Shown: piece by piece, positions 48,218-58,607 of the stretch
Layout: every line of letters begins with the position of its first letter
Numbering within the stretch: position 1 is the stretch's first letter
Source of the DNA: a virus
Length of the DNA stretch: 64,000 nucleotides
Reading direction: 5' to 3' (one strand)
IMG/VR virus record: IMGVR_UViG_3300047409_000726
Location: 1 to 64,000 of that record
Position numbers and translations under genes: made by a program
The notes under the pieces: generated by a model
The model's database searches: none
What the model was told of the DNA's origin: nothing
Seen by the model: only the letters and a program-made list of their open reading frames with translations

Positions 48218-49438
48218 TCAACTCCCGTGGATCTGTCCGTCGTCACCGACGTACAAGTCGAATGTTCCGTAGCTTTTAGCGGCTTCCTGCAATTCGTCGA
48301 GGCCGTCGTCGAAGAACCCGGCGCCGTGACCGTTGCGCGAGAGCCAGAAGTTGTGCCCAGCGCGCCCACTGTCGATGTTTTCCGCGGCGGCAAGTAAGTC
48401 CGCGTACCGATCCTGGAAGTCGGCGCAGTCAGCGATCATCTTGGCGCGCGTTTCGGGCGCGATGTCGCTGATCGAATAGTTATCGTCGAGCGGGTCGCCG
48501 CCATCGTCGATGGAGCTCCAGAGCGCAGCGTCGAAATACGCTTGCGTGAACGAGTCGAGACGCGGTGCTTGAACTTCCTTCGCCCGACCCCTCGCCGGGA
48601 CTCGTCCTCGTTTGTACGCGCTCCAACCTTGACCTCGAAGCGTGGCGTCGGGAGGGTACCATCCACCACGTTTGCCGCGCGCTAAATCTATTTCGGCTTG
48701 TTCTATGAGGGCGGCCGAGATGTGTCCGATGACACGGCCGTCGCCTGAGATCACTTCGAACGTGTTCGGCAGTCCGCGCGTTTCGCGAGCTTCGTGGTTT
48801 CCTGACTCGCTTACTAAGCCGCTAGCGAACGCTTCTGCTTCCGCGTAACCTAGCGCCGTGTAGATGCCGTTGTCCGGTCCGAAGTAGTCTTGCTTCGGTG
48901 AAGCGTTCTTGAAGAAACGATACCGAGTGACGCCGTCTCCTGGCGAGTACGTATAGATAGCGTAGCCTGGCGGCAGATCTGCGCGTAACTTGTCGAGACG
49001 TGTCTTGCCGCGGGCGTCGACGTGTTCCTCGACGACTTCTCCGACGCCGACGCGCGTGTCGACGTGGTCGTACTCCCCGTTCTCGACCGAGCTCCGGAAG
49101 CTCGCCTCGAGTTGCTTCGCCGCTTCGTGCCGCGTCGCGGGGTTGAACATCGTGCTCCAATTTTTCTCGGAGTCGAATTCTTTCGCGTACCGTTTTGCGC
49201 CCGCTTCGGTGAGATATTCGAATAGGCGCACAGCGAGCGCCGGGTCATAGGTTTTTTTGCGCCACTTGCGGAGCGCGTTCAGGAGCACGCTTCGCCCCTG
49301 CCCGCTCGGGCCGTCGGGAGATAGGTCGGACGTGTTCTCGATGTACATGACGAGCTCGGTTGCTGCTTGCTCATCCGTGGGCTCGCGGTGAGTCGGGCTT
49401 TTTCGTTTCGCTTTCGCTTTTGCTTTTGTGCGGGCCAT
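48218..49438 (-). CDS. Modular hypothetical protein
   Basis: Basic N-terminus; domains include AALWSS..PLD and AGHNFWLSRNGHGAGF. Confidence 0.6.
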   Translation of the reverse strand: MARTKAKAKAKRKSPTHREPTDEQAATELVMYIENTSDLSPDGPSGQGRSVLLNALRKWRKKTYDPALAVRLFEYLTEAGAKRYAKEFDSEKNWSTMFNPATRHEAAKQLEASFRSSVENGEYDHVDTRVGVGEVVEEHVDARGKTRLDKLRADLPPGYAIYTYSPGDGVTRYRFFKNASPKQDYFGPDNGIYTALGYAEAEAFASGLVSESGNHEARETRGLPNTFEVISGDGRVIGHISAALIEQAEIDLARGKRGGWYPPDATLRGQGWSAYKRGRVPARGRAKEVQAPRLDSFTQAYFDAALWSSIDDGGDPLDDNYSISDIAPETRAKMIADCADFQDRYADLLAAAENIDSGRAGHNFWLSRNGHGAGFFDDGLDELQEAAKSYGTFDLYVGDDGQIHGS

Positions 49439-50289
49439 TACTCGTCCTCTTCTTCCTCGAACTCTTCGTCGTCTTCCTCTTGGGATCGTTGAGCGACCTC
49501 TTCGATTTCGTCCGCGTCCGTCACTTCGTGAGCGTGAACCTCGTGAGAGATGACATGCGTGCCGCTCTTGAGCGTCGTCCAACCGATCGTGATCAGATCG
49601 GCTTCTGCGTGCTCTACGATCTTTTCGTAGTCGCGATCATCAAACGGAGTCCACGTCCCTCCGAATTCTTTTCGCCCGACAGCGCCCCCATCAGACCACG
49701 CCTCGTCCCATTCGATGCCGAGGTCTTCTGCGGCTTCTTTGAGATCGTCTTCTGTAAGTGTGACGAATACGCCGCGAGCGTTGTCGTCGGCCCACTCTAT
49801 GGCGATCTCTTCGGCGTCCTCGAAACTAGCGGCCCACACGTAGACTTTTTTGTCGGCGTAAGCTCCGAACTGGAATTGATACAGTGACATTCTGCTGTAT
49901 CGTTCGCCGTGGTCGCAATCTTCTGGGTTCGCGATCGGAACTTCCCTGTCGTCGGCGACTTGTCGCTTCGCGGTCACTCGTCCGGTTCTAGGCTCGTCTA
50001 ACTCATCGTCGTCGCCCCCCGTCGCCTTGTGCTCTCGCGCCTGCTCGATCAGGTCTCGCGCGATGTCCTTCGAGTCGAACCGCCGGTTGTTACCTGGCAC
50101 TCTCGACGAGCCCCAGTACCCGCGATGATCCTGATCGTAGTCGGACAAGCCCCAGTTCACCGTCCAGGTGCTGTCAGGCATGACCTGCAACCGAACGTCG
50201 ATCCCTTCGTCGGCGTCGTCCGGTTCGAGTGTTTCCTTGTTGATTCGCCGAAGCTCGGCCGACACGTCGTTGATACTCGGGAAACGCAT
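49438..50289 (-). CDS. Acidic modular hypothetical protein
   Basis: IDVRLQV..YDQDHRGYWG domain; acidic tail. Confidence 0.6.
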   Translation of the reverse strand: MRFPSINDVSAELRRINKETLEPDDADEGIDVRLQVMPDSTWTVNWGLSDYDQDHRGYWGSSRVPGNNRRFDSKDIARDLIEQAREHKATGGDDDELDEPRTGRVTAKRQVADDREVPIANPEDCDHGERYSRMSLYQFQFGAYADKKVYVWAASFEDAEEIAIEWADDNARGVFVTLTEDDLKEAAEDLGIEWDEAWSDGGAVGRKEFGGTWTPFDDRDYEKIVEHAEADLITIGWTTLKSGTHVISHEVHAHEVTDADEIEEVAQRSQEEDDEEFEEEEDE

Positions 50290-50538
50290 CTTACTCGTCC
50301 TCTTCTTGTTGTTGGCGTGCTGATTCTTCGTTTTCCCAAGCGACGCCAGTATGATCTTCGACGATGACTGCACGACGTCTCGAGAGGGTGTTTGCAAAAT
50401 TGACTGCGGATTGAAAGTCGGAACGACTGGTGAACACAGCGCGTACAACACCTTCTTCTGTTACGAAGATTAGTTGACTGTTTGTCGCGCCTACTTCTTT
50501 TGTTGCTAGTTTTTCTAGCGTTGGTACTTTGCTCGCCA

Positions 50539-50928
50539 TCACGTCCTCCATTCGATCCACGCCCGATCAACGTCGAGCGGTAACTTTGTCGTGGGCACGC
50601 CCACCGTTTTCAATACGTCGCGGAGCGCTCTCCATTCCTCGCCCGCGACTTCTAAAAAATACTCGCGCTCGGAGTCGCTCTCGATGCCGTAGAGTCCTCC
50701 GCTCGTGAGCGTTTGCACGATGTCTTCGATGACGACGTCGGCTTCGGCGCGGACGTAGACGAAGTTGAACTCGCCGCGATCGTAGGCGGCACGCCTGTCC
50801 TCGAGCTCGTCTTGGTCGAGGTACGACGGATCCGGACTCGGATCGCTACCCACGACCACGCGGACGGACTCGAGCCGCACCGGGGACCGGCGGCGCTTGG
50901 GTTCGTAGGAGCGATGCTTCTTGGCCAT
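50539..50928 (-). CDS. Hypothetical protein
   Basis: D.SYL..RAEA..SGGLYGIESDS pattern. Confidence 0.5.
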   Translation of the reverse strand: MAKKHRSYEPKRRRSPVRLESVRVVVGSDPSPDPSYLDQDELEDRRAAYDRGEFNFVYVRAEADVVIEDIVQTLTSGGLYGIESDSEREYFLEVAGEEWRALRDVLKTVGVPTTKLPLDVDRAWIEWRT

Positions 50929-51001
50929 CGTGCTTCCCGTGCGCCCCCGTGGGGAGCGCTCATCTTGTCTCGAACAGTGTCCACCGACCCCAGGGGTGTC
51001 G

Positions 51002-51427
51002 TCAAGGGATGACTTCGTTGCCGAAAATATCCTCGAACATGAACCAGGTCGTGTCCGAGTAGCACTCGGCAATGTCCAGCGTGTCGTGGTCGACGAGGTC
51101 GTACACGGCCGACGTGAGGGCCGTTCGCCAGTCGGAACCGGTCCACTCCGGGCTCGTCGGCGTGAGGCGCGTACGGCCCACGTCGTAGGCTTCTGCCGTG
51201 TAGAGCACGGCGACCCAAAAGTACCCGGGTTTCGGGTCGTTGGTGGGGCAAATGAGAAGCGCGACGTCGCGCTCGCCGACGTACCGGCCGCGCTCTTTGC
51301 TAAGCGATGTGCGAAGCCACTTGTTGGCCGCACCGACCGCGTCGAGCTTCTTTCGGAGCTCGATCTGGTCGTGCTCGATTTCGGCTGCCTCGAGTTCCAT
51401 ATCCCTGGAAGCGTTTTCTGGGTTCAT
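51002..51427 (-). CDS. Hypothetical protein
   Basis: Clean ATG ORF at the head of the leftward operon. Confidence 0.5.
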   Translation of the reverse strand: MNPENASRDMELEAAEIEHDQIELRKKLDAVGAANKWLRTSLSKERGRYVGERDVALLICPTNDPKPGYFWVAVLYTAEAYDVGRTRLTPTSPEWTGSDWRTALTSAVYDLVDHDTLDIAECYSDTTWFMFEDIFGNEVIP

Positions 51428-52235
51428 GCTCTAAAGACGCGGGAAACCGGTGGGATCTGACACCTAGAACTAGGGCGAAAAAAGGTGTATGGTACGTGAA
51501 TAGACGGCGAACGCCGTCGTCCTACCTCGCATGACCGAAAGACTCGTAATCGCGATCTTCGGCGTCATTCTCACGCTCGGGGTGATGTTACTGATCGCGC
51601 ATCTTCTTGAGCGTATGGCAGAGGATCTGCCGAAGCTGACCGTCGTCGGATTCGAGAAGCTCGAGGGCGACCAAGCCATCGTGACGTTGTCCGACGGTCA
51701 CAAGTTTCGCGGCAGCGGTACGGTCTGGCACTCGTGGCCGATGGGCAAGCGCGCGTCGACGAGCATCGAGATGATCTGTTCGGACGAGTGGACGAGGCAG
51801 ATGTGGGAGCTCGAATGATGACCGCGGTCGAGCGCGTTTGGTACTGGACAGCGGGCGTGCTCGCCGGCACCGCCAACAATTGGAGCGCCTACGTACAAGA
51901 CGGCTACGTCGTGTGCGAACATTGGAATCTCTGGGATCTACGGTGGGAAGAGATCCGTCGGCCGATCTCGGACTTCGAAGAAGGAGTGCCGGTATGAGCG
52001 AAGAACTGGAACGACGTGTCGCAGCGCTAGAAGAGCGTAGTCGCGAGCAGGACAAGTTCCTTGCGTGGGTTTATGCGCGAACACTACCGAACCCGTATTC
52101 GTTGTCGGTCACCGAAGCCGAGAAATTGTCTTTGAAGGAGTTGAAAGAGAAGATGCGCCAAGTGATCTCGGGGGAAAAACGAGTGCGATCGTGGAACCTC
52201 GAGTACGGCAAACCCCTCTCGCCGGAGCTAGAAGA

Positions 52236-52493
52236 ATGAAACGATCGTTTGAAAAGTTCTCGAAGAGGCTCGAGGCGGTCGGGCTGTTCGACGAAGTTCT
52301 CGACCTCTCCTTACAAGAGCATGTTACGCTTCGCGACCTCTATGAAGGTCCCGTTCGTGCTCCGTCGATCGCGAATGCGCGTAGAAAAATCTACAAGTGG
52401 CTCATGAAGGAAGGCAAGGGGCTCAACGAGGTTGCGCGGCTATTCGACCGGGCGCCGAGTGGGGTGCTCAAGCTCACGAGGGGGCGAGGGTGA
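52236..52493 (+). CDS. DnaA domain IV-like HTH protein
   Basis: IA.AR...Y..L...G..L.EVARLF.R..S.V. Confidence 0.6.
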   Translation: MKRSFEKFSKRLEAVGLFDEVLDLSLQEHVTLRDLYEGPVRAPSIANARRKIYKWLMKEGKGLNEVARLFDRAPSGVLKLTRGRG

Positions 52494-52800
52494 GCGAGAG
52501 CGAAAAACAACCAGTACCGAAGACAGCGACGTAAGAACTTCGCGAAGAGCTAGCGCGTTGCGGTGTTAGAAGCAACAATCACACTGCGCTCGCGGTGTTC
52601 GCGCTGCGGCGAACAAGGCGTCGAATTTGGAATGGACCCGATCGGATCGCTTCGGTGCATGAAGTGCTGCAACCGTTGGTGGAAGGGTGGAGGGCAATGA
52701 AAAAACAGGTGTCGGGATATTTATGTGGAACTCCGTTCGAAGTGCGAGTTCAGATTTTGGAGTGGTGGCTACGCCACTTGCACGGGACTGCGGTGTCAGG

Positions 52801-53391
52801 ATGAAGCAGTCGAGAACCGCAGCTCGTGAACGCCGGGTCCGGAGGCCACTTGCTTCTACGGTGGTCGGCCCACCTAGATATTTCGCTTACGCCGATCCGC
52901 CGTACCCGGGACATACGAAGCGCGGTCTCTATGCGGCGGACCCCAAGTGCGCCGAGGTGGATCACGCCGAACTCGTGGCCCGCCTCGTTCGCGACTACCC
53001 GGACGGCTGGGCGCTCTCGACCGGTTCGACGAACCTTCGTGAGGTGCTCTCGCTTTGCCCCGAAGGGGCTCGCGTGGGCTCGTGGGTGAAGCCGTTCGCG
53101 ATCTTCAAACCCGGCGTGAACCCCGGCTATTGCTGGGAACCGGTCATCTTCTGCGGGGGCCGTAGACTCGGGCGAGATATCCCCACGGTGCGCGATTGGG
53201 TCAGCGCCAACGTGCTCATTCAAAAGGGCTGCGCTGGCGCCAAGCCGGACGCGGTCATCGATTGGATCTTCTCGATGCTCGGCGCGATGCACGGGGATTA
53301 CTTGGACGACATTTACCCGGGCTCCGGGGCCGTCTCTCGTAGGTGGTCCGAAACCTTCGGGCTGGGTAGGGAAAGCAGGGCGCAATCGTGA
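52801..53391 (+). CDS. Amino (N6A/N4C) DNA methyltransferase-like protein
   Basis: YADPPY, WEP, AKP, DIYPGSG. Confidence 0.8.
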   Translation: MKQSRTAARERRVRRPLASTVVGPPRYFAYADPPYPGHTKRGLYAADPKCAEVDHAELVARLVRDYPDGWALSTGSTNLREVLSLCPEGARVGSWVKPFAIFKPGVNPGYCWEPVIFCGGRRLGRDIPTVRDWVSANVLIQKGCAGAKPDAVIDWIFSMLGAMHGDYLDDIYPGSGAVSRRWSETFGLGRESRAQS

Positions 53392-54272
53392 AGCAGCCGC
53401 AACTCGCAATCCCGCCCACCGTCGCGCATCCATTTTTGAAATACGCGGGAGGCAAGACCGCTCTCTTGTCGGAGATCCTTCCTCGGCTCCCGAAGAAGAT
53501 CAAAACCTACTACGAGCCGTTCGTCGGTGGTGGCGCGGTGTTCTTCGCGCTCGCGGCGGAAGAGAGGTTCAAGGAAGCGATCATCTCGGATTCGAATTCC
53601 GAGCTTGTATCAACTTACGCCACTCTGTGGACGCCGTGGGTCGAAGAAGTTATCGACAGGTTGAAATGGCACGCGAAGAAACATTCGGAAGCGCACTACT
53701 ACGAAGTTCGCGGGCTTGACATACGCGCCGGTCGCCACTCCGTAGAGCGAGCGGCGCGCATGATCTACTTGAACCGCACCTGCTTCAACGGTCTTTACCG
53801 CGTGAACAAAGGCGGGCGATTCAATGTTCCGTTCGGACGCTACGCGAATCCGACAATCTGCGACGAAGAAAACCTTCGAGCGGTAGCGAAACTGTTCAAC
53901 GAGAGGGTGCGTGCCGATAAGATGAAAGTCGGTATAGCTACGAGCGACTTCGAAAATGCGATTGTTTTTGCTCGTCGCGGCGACGCCGTCTATTTCGACC
54001 CTCCTTACGTGCCCGCCTCGGCGACGGCGAACTTCACCGCCTACAGCAAGGACGGCTTCGGTCCGTTGGATCAAATGCGTCTCTGTCGCGTCGCGACGAA
54101 ACTCGCCAGGAAAGGCGTCCACGTGCTGCTCTCGAATTCCGACACGCCGTTCGTGCGCAAGCTCTACAAGGGGTTCAAGATCGAGCGTGTTGAGGCGCCT
54201 CGACGGATCAACTCGAAGGGCGGCAAGCGCGGCAACGTCGGCGAGCTGCTCATCTCTGGGAGACGAACGTGA
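53388..54272 (+). CDS. dam: Dam-family DNA adenine methyltransferase
   Basis: LKYAGGK, EPFVGGG, LNRTCFNGLYRVN..G.FNVPFG, YFDPPY. Confidence 0.93.
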   Translation: MKQPQLAIPPTVAHPFLKYAGGKTALLSEILPRLPKKIKTYYEPFVGGGAVFFALAAEERFKEAIISDSNSELVSTYATLWTPWVEEVIDRLKWHAKKHSEAHYYEVRGLDIRAGRHSVERAARMIYLNRTCFNGLYRVNKGGRFNVPFGRYANPTICDEENLRAVAKLFNERVRADKMKVGIATSDFENAIVFARRGDAVYFDPPYVPASATANFTAYSKDGFGPLDQMRLCRVATKLARKGVHVLLSNSDTPFVRKLYKGFKIERVEAPRRINSKGGKRGNVGELLISGRRT

Positions 54273-54513
54273 GACACGAGACGTTGGAAATCGAACGACA
54301 GGCGCGCGTCGAGGCCCTGTGTTGGGTTGCCGACGAGCTCGAGGCGCAGATCGAAGAGCTCCGGCAAGATTGGGTGAAGGTACTTCTCTCGGCCGGCGCT
54401 CGGAGTCGCATCAACGCACTCTCTGAGGTTGCCGCGATGTGCCGAAAAGCCGCCACGCGAAAAGGGAAGAAATAGACCGCTCTCGACGTAGCTTCTATAA
54501 GGAGAGATTCACC

Positions 54514-55173
54514 ATGAAACGGCTGCTTACCCTCATCGTTTTCTTGTCCGGCTGTTCCGGTGGCGATTTCACGTCGGGACTTTTCTATGGCGTCGATGCC
54601 CCCGATGCGGGTGAAGCGCACACCGACTCCGCCCCATTCCTGGCAGGGGGCGCATCAGGCAAAGGTGGCGCACCGGGGTCGGGCGGCGCTCCTGAGCTCG
54701 ACGCAGGTCAAGGATCGGGCGGTTCGTCTCACGGTACCGGTGGTTCGTTTCAGGGAACAGGCGGATCGTTTCAGACCGGGGGCGCACCAGGGACGGGTGG
54801 TGGTTCTGGTGGTACCCCAGGAACGGGCGGAGTGGTGAGTACTGGCGGTACGGTAGGAACCGGTGGCGCAAGTGTCGACGCCGGGTGCGCGCTCGTCACG
54901 CACACCAACGGCCTCGGACAGACGTGGCAGGACTGCGTTCCGCTTAGTACCTACGACAAGGCGCAGGCGACGAAAGCGTGCGAGGCGTGGTGCGCGGTCA
55001 ACGGCGGCTGCGCGTGCCAAAACGGTACGTTGTGCAACGACAGTCACGAAAGAGTGTTCGTCTACAGGAATACCTTTTTCATGTCGTGGCCGTGGCAAGG
55101 CACAAACGCAGGCGACGCAGTGCAATCGGGGGCCGGGTGCGATCCTTATTTGTTGATCGGCAAGTGGAACTAG
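54514..55173 (+). CDS. Lipoprotein with Gly-rich linker and Cys-rich domain
   Basis: Lipobox FLSGC; GTGG repeats; multiple Cys. Confidence 0.75.
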   Translation: MKRLLTLIVFLSGCSGGDFTSGLFYGVDAPDAGEAHTDSAPFLAGGASGKGGAPGSGGAPELDAGQGSGGSSHGTGGSFQGTGGSFQTGGAPGTGGGSGGTPGTGGVVSTGGTVGTGGASVDAGCALVTHTNGLGQTWQDCVPLSTYDKAQATKACEAWCAVNGGCACQNGTLCNDSHERVFVYRNTFFMSWPWQGTNAGDAVQSGAGCDPYLLIGKWN

Positions 55174-55901
55174 GCGACGGACGCCGGATCGTCGTCGCCA
55201 TCGTCGGGCTCTTGCACGGCGCGCCTCAGGTTCTCGGAAACGAGTGCGAGGACACGCGCCCGATCGTCGTCGCTCGGACGGTAGCCGATTAGCGGGAGCG
55301 GTAAGAGCAATCGGTTTTGATCAAGCTCCGCAGGTTTGAATGATCCGCCTGGGCCGTTGGGTACGAAAGGGCCCACGCGATGTTGGTGAATCGTCGCTGG
55401 CATGTTCCCTGGTGTTGCAGGTAGAGCATCACGATAATGGGCGCACCACAGTGGGCGATGAAGAACCCACTCGGGCTTGCCGAGCATGCTCCAACCGCGT
55501 TGCGTGATGTACACGAGCGCTTCACCGTATTCGCTGACGAGTTTTTCGACGAACGCTTGGCAGCGGTCGGACCATGCCGGCGAGACTGCTTCCGGAGAGA
55601 TCGGGTCGTCCTCGATGTCGAGCGCCGGCACGATGTCTCCTGTGCCGACGTTGGCCCCATCGGCGACACTTCGAAGCGCTTGGAGTTGATCCGTCCAGCT
55701 TTGGCTTGGGCGAAAAAATGTGTAGAGACCTACTTTTGCGCCGATGCCACGTGCACGGCTGATGTGCGCTTTCGCTCGGTTGTCGAGGACGACACCGAAA
55801 CTCGCCCGTGCGATCACGAAGTCGACTCGGCCTTGAAACTCGGCCCACGGTAGGGCTGCCGGGTCTTGAAAATGGCTGAGATCGAGGCCGTACCCAATCA
55901 T
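55170..55901 (-). CDS. GH25 lysozyme (endolysin)
   Basis: GLDLSHFQ, GLY.F, ALDIE, LW.AHY, LDQN. Confidence 0.88.
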   Translation of the reverse strand: MIGYGLDLSHFQDPAALPWAEFQGRVDFVIARASFGVVLDNRAKAHISRARGIGAKVGLYTFFRPSQSWTDQLQALRSVADGANVGTGDIVPALDIEDDPISPEAVSPAWSDRCQAFVEKLVSEYGEALVYITQRGWSMLGKPEWVLHRPLWCAHYRDALPATPGNMPATIHQHRVGPFVPNGPGGSFKPAELDQNRLLLPLPLIGYRPSDDDRARVLALVSENLRRAVQEPDDGDDDPASVA

Positions 55902-55928
55902 GGTGAACGTATGGTAACATGCCTTTCA

Positions 55929-56339
55929 ATGGAGCTCGAGACCACGGGAACGCTCAGGACCGGTTTGGAGTTCGCGCCCAACACGTCCGAGGATTGCAAG
56001 AAACTCATCGGCAGGCTCCACACGCCCGCCTCGATTCTCGGCGCGTACAGGGCCGCGCGAGAGCAGTTCGGGACCAGTGACATCGTGCTCGCTGTGTCCG
56101 ATCAGGTGGGCCACATCGAGTACATGACGCGGCGCACGTACTGTGAGCATCTGAAGCAACTCTTCGGAGATAAGGCTCAAGGGTTCAAGCTGTGGCACAC
56201 GTCAGCGCAGACGCTCATGAAGCTCCCCCGAGAGTCGGAAGCGATGTGGTTCGTCGTGGACATACGTGGCGCTGACTACCCGTCCATGTGCGTCATCTAC
56301 GCGACACCGTACAAGGTCGAAGCCGCCGAGGCGAACTGA
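55929..56339 (+). CDS. Hypothetical protein
   Basis: Clean ORF divergent from the lysin gene. Confidence 0.5.
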   Translation: MELETTGTLRTGLEFAPNTSEDCKKLIGRLHTPASILGAYRAAREQFGTSDIVLAVSDQVGHIEYMTRRTYCEHLKQLFGDKAQGFKLWHTSAQTLMKLPRESEAMWFVVDIRGADYPSMCVIYATPYKVEAAEAN

Positions 56340-56578
56340 TGAACTCGAAAACAGGTTTCTGGAGCGCGTTCGGCGCACTCGTCGGTGGAGCGGCAGGCGC
56401 CGCCGCAGGGTACTACGCGGCGCAGGCGCGCCCTGCGTTCCGCTACGCGGGCGCGCACCGCGGTCGCGGTCAAGAGCTCGAAGACGCGATGGTCGTCGGC
56501 GGTTCAGCAGGCGCGGTCGTCGGCGCGTTCATCGGCGGCGCGGTGTCTGCCGACGACGCACCTCAGCTTCCGAGGTAG
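56339..56578 (+). CDS. Glycine-zipper membrane protein
   Basis: GALVGGAAG and GAVVGAFIGG. Confidence 0.6.
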   Translation: MNSKTGFWSAFGALVGGAAGAAAGYYAAQARPAFRYAGAHRGRGQELEDAMVVGGSAGAVVGAFIGGAVSADDAPQLPR

Positions 56579-57041
56579 CGATGCTCATGCGGTTTCATTG
56601 GTGGTGCATGCGTTGGGCGGCGCACTACGACCGCTCAGGGTACTCGCTCCGATCGTGGGCTTTCGATTGGATCGGTGGTCGCGCGGCAGATCTCCACGCG
56701 GCGCTCAGTTTCTCGTTCGATGAGCACTAAGGCTTGGGCTTCGGTTTCGAGTTTTCGATGTCCTTAGCGGTGGGCGTCTCGAACGGTGTCGGCTCGTTGT
56801 CCCGTTGTTTGAGCATGACCTCGAGCACGAGCCCCGGCACGTACTGATTCAAGAGCTCCTCGAGCTTTCGGCGCGTCGCGTGTATGTCGACACGAGATTC
56901 GGCGAGTTGTTGGATCGATTCGTCTTGTTCGAGAAGAAGCGAGTACACCTCGACGAGCACCCTCTTGGGGATGAGCACCATCTCCGAGGAAAGCGTGCGC
57001 GGTCCTGGTGTTGTTGGACGAGAACCGGAGTCGCTCATCGC

Positions 57042-57368
57042 TCATCTCCTGAATCTTGGCGGCGTGCTTTGGCCGTCAACGTAGGCTCGGAGCCGATCGT
57101 CTTCCTCTTTCCGGCGACGTTTTTTCTCTTCCTCGAATTGCTCGAGGATGTCCTTCCGCCGGTTTCTGATGTCGGTTTTTTCTTCCCACTCCTGAGGATC
57201 ATCTTGTGGGCTGCGCTTCACCTCTGCCGCCCACCGGTCGATCCAGTCCTTGCGTTCGACTTCAACGGCGCGGAGCTTTGCCCAAAGCGCGGTGATGATC
57301 GCGGCGACGGCGCTCCCTAGCGCGACTAGTGCTGCCCACGGTATGTTGACAGCGCTCATTTGTGCCAC
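57042..57368 (-). CDS. Single-TM protein with charged tail (holin-like)
   Basis: N-terminal TM and highly charged C-terminus; near the lysin gene. Confidence 0.45.
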   Translation of the reverse strand: MAQMSAVNIPWAALVALGSAVAAIITALWAKLRAVEVERKDWIDRWAAEVKRSPQDDPQEWEEKTDIRNRRKDILEQFEEEKKRRRKEEDDRLRAYVDGQSTPPRFRR

Positions 57369-57415
57369 AAATTAGCACGTCTGCCCGAAATCTGCGCCGG
57401 CTACCCCATGAGGTA

Positions 57416-58168
57416 TCAGGTAGGTGCCGGTTCCGGCACTTTTGGCCGCGGTGCGTAATAGACGATGAGCACGCCGCCCACGACGACCGCTGCGACAGTC
57501 GCAACGATGGCAACGGTGCGTGCTGTGCTCGGGATCGCTTTCGCCGCGTCGGTGAGTCCCTTGGCCGTCGCGTCCGCGATGTCTCGAGCTTCGCCGAGTA
57601 GTGAGCTCGCCGAGTAGCCGATGAGCTGTATGACGCCCTTCGTCGCGATGTAGGCGCCTTCGATGCGAGCGCGAAGTTGTGCTTGCGCGCTGAATGACGG
57701 TACGTCCGGGAGTACGGGTGGGTTCAGGCGCCAAGACTTGTGAAGATCGAGGAGTTCCTTCGTGTAGATCCCACCGACGCGCATGACGGTGTTCTGGTGC
57801 GACTCGAGCATCGAAGCGGCGCCCGCGACGATGTCGGCGCTCGACTTGTCCTTCCAGGCGTTCCATTGCGTCAAGATCCCACCGGGATCGGTAGGGCTCA
57901 CACGTGCGCGAGAGAGTGAGAGCGTGACGCAGAACCCTGTTGGATCGTCCTTCACTGCTGCGGCCGTGAAGATCCCGGGTGGGCACTTCTGCGCTTCCGG
58001 TTGTCTCTCGAGAAGCTCGTTCAGGTCTCGCCAGAGCTCGAGATGCGCGCCGATGAACGGCTCCCACTCTTGACGGTACGCGAGCAAGTCTCCGACGTCG
58101 CCGAGCGCGAAGGGCGGCGCGCCGAACCCGACCACGCGGTGTGATCCGAAGAAGAGTGTTTCGTTCAT
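57416..58168 (-). CDS. C-terminally anchored membrane protein
   Basis: ATG 58168; N-terminal GFGA..LGD motif; C-terminal TM. Confidence 0.6.
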   Translation of the reverse strand: MNETLFFGSHRVVGFGAPPFALGDVGDLLAYRQEWEPFIGAHLELWRDLNELLERQPEAQKCPPGIFTAAAVKDDPTGFCVTLSLSRARVSPTDPGGILTQWNAWKDKSSADIVAGAASMLESHQNTVMRVGGIYTKELLDLHKSWRLNPPVLPDVPSFSAQAQLRARIEGAYIATKGVIQLIGYSASSLLGEARDIADATAKGLTDAAKAIPSTARTVAIVATVAAVVVGGVLIVYYAPRPKVPEPAPT

Positions 58169-58428
58169 GGGAATGAAGCCGTTGTTACGGCGTAGGTTGG
58201 GTATGTAGGTTGCGGACTTGGATCTACAGGCTTGAATATGCCCGTTCCCGAGCGCTGACCGAGTACGATGAAAACAGGTACCCCGATAGCGGCCCCCGTA
58301 ACCGATCCGATCAGAGCCCCGCGTATGTGTTTGTTCTTTCCGGATGCCAGCGCACCAATCGTCGCTCCGACGACTAACCCAAGCGACGCGCCGCCCATCG
58401 CGTAAACCGAAGTCCAACGATCCGTCAT
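58165..58428 (-). CDS. Glycine-zipper membrane protein
   Basis: GLVVGATIG and GALIGSVTG. Confidence 0.55.
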   Translation of the reverse strand: MTDRWTSVYAMGGASLGLVVGATIGALASGKNKHIRGALIGSVTGAAIGVPVFIVLGQRSGTGIFKPVDPSPQPTYPTYAVTTASFP

Positions 58429-58607
58429 CGTCGACGCTTCCTTTTTCGTACGGCGCGAGCAGCTTCTTCTATGACCCAACCCGTCGCCGCGCTGATCACG
58501 CTGGTCGCGACTGCGAACACCCAAGGCGACGGAGCGCGAACGACCGGCGCCGCGACGGTCGGCTCGCCGAGCCCGGAGATGGCTCTTCCGTTGTGGTAGA
58601 TCGTCAT
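58425..58607 (-). CDS. Small membrane protein
   Basis: SGLGE motif, TM helix, basic tail. Confidence 0.55.
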   Translation of the reverse strand: MTIYHNGRAISGLGEPTVAAPVVRAPSPWVFAVATSVISAATGWVIEEAARAVRKRKRRR

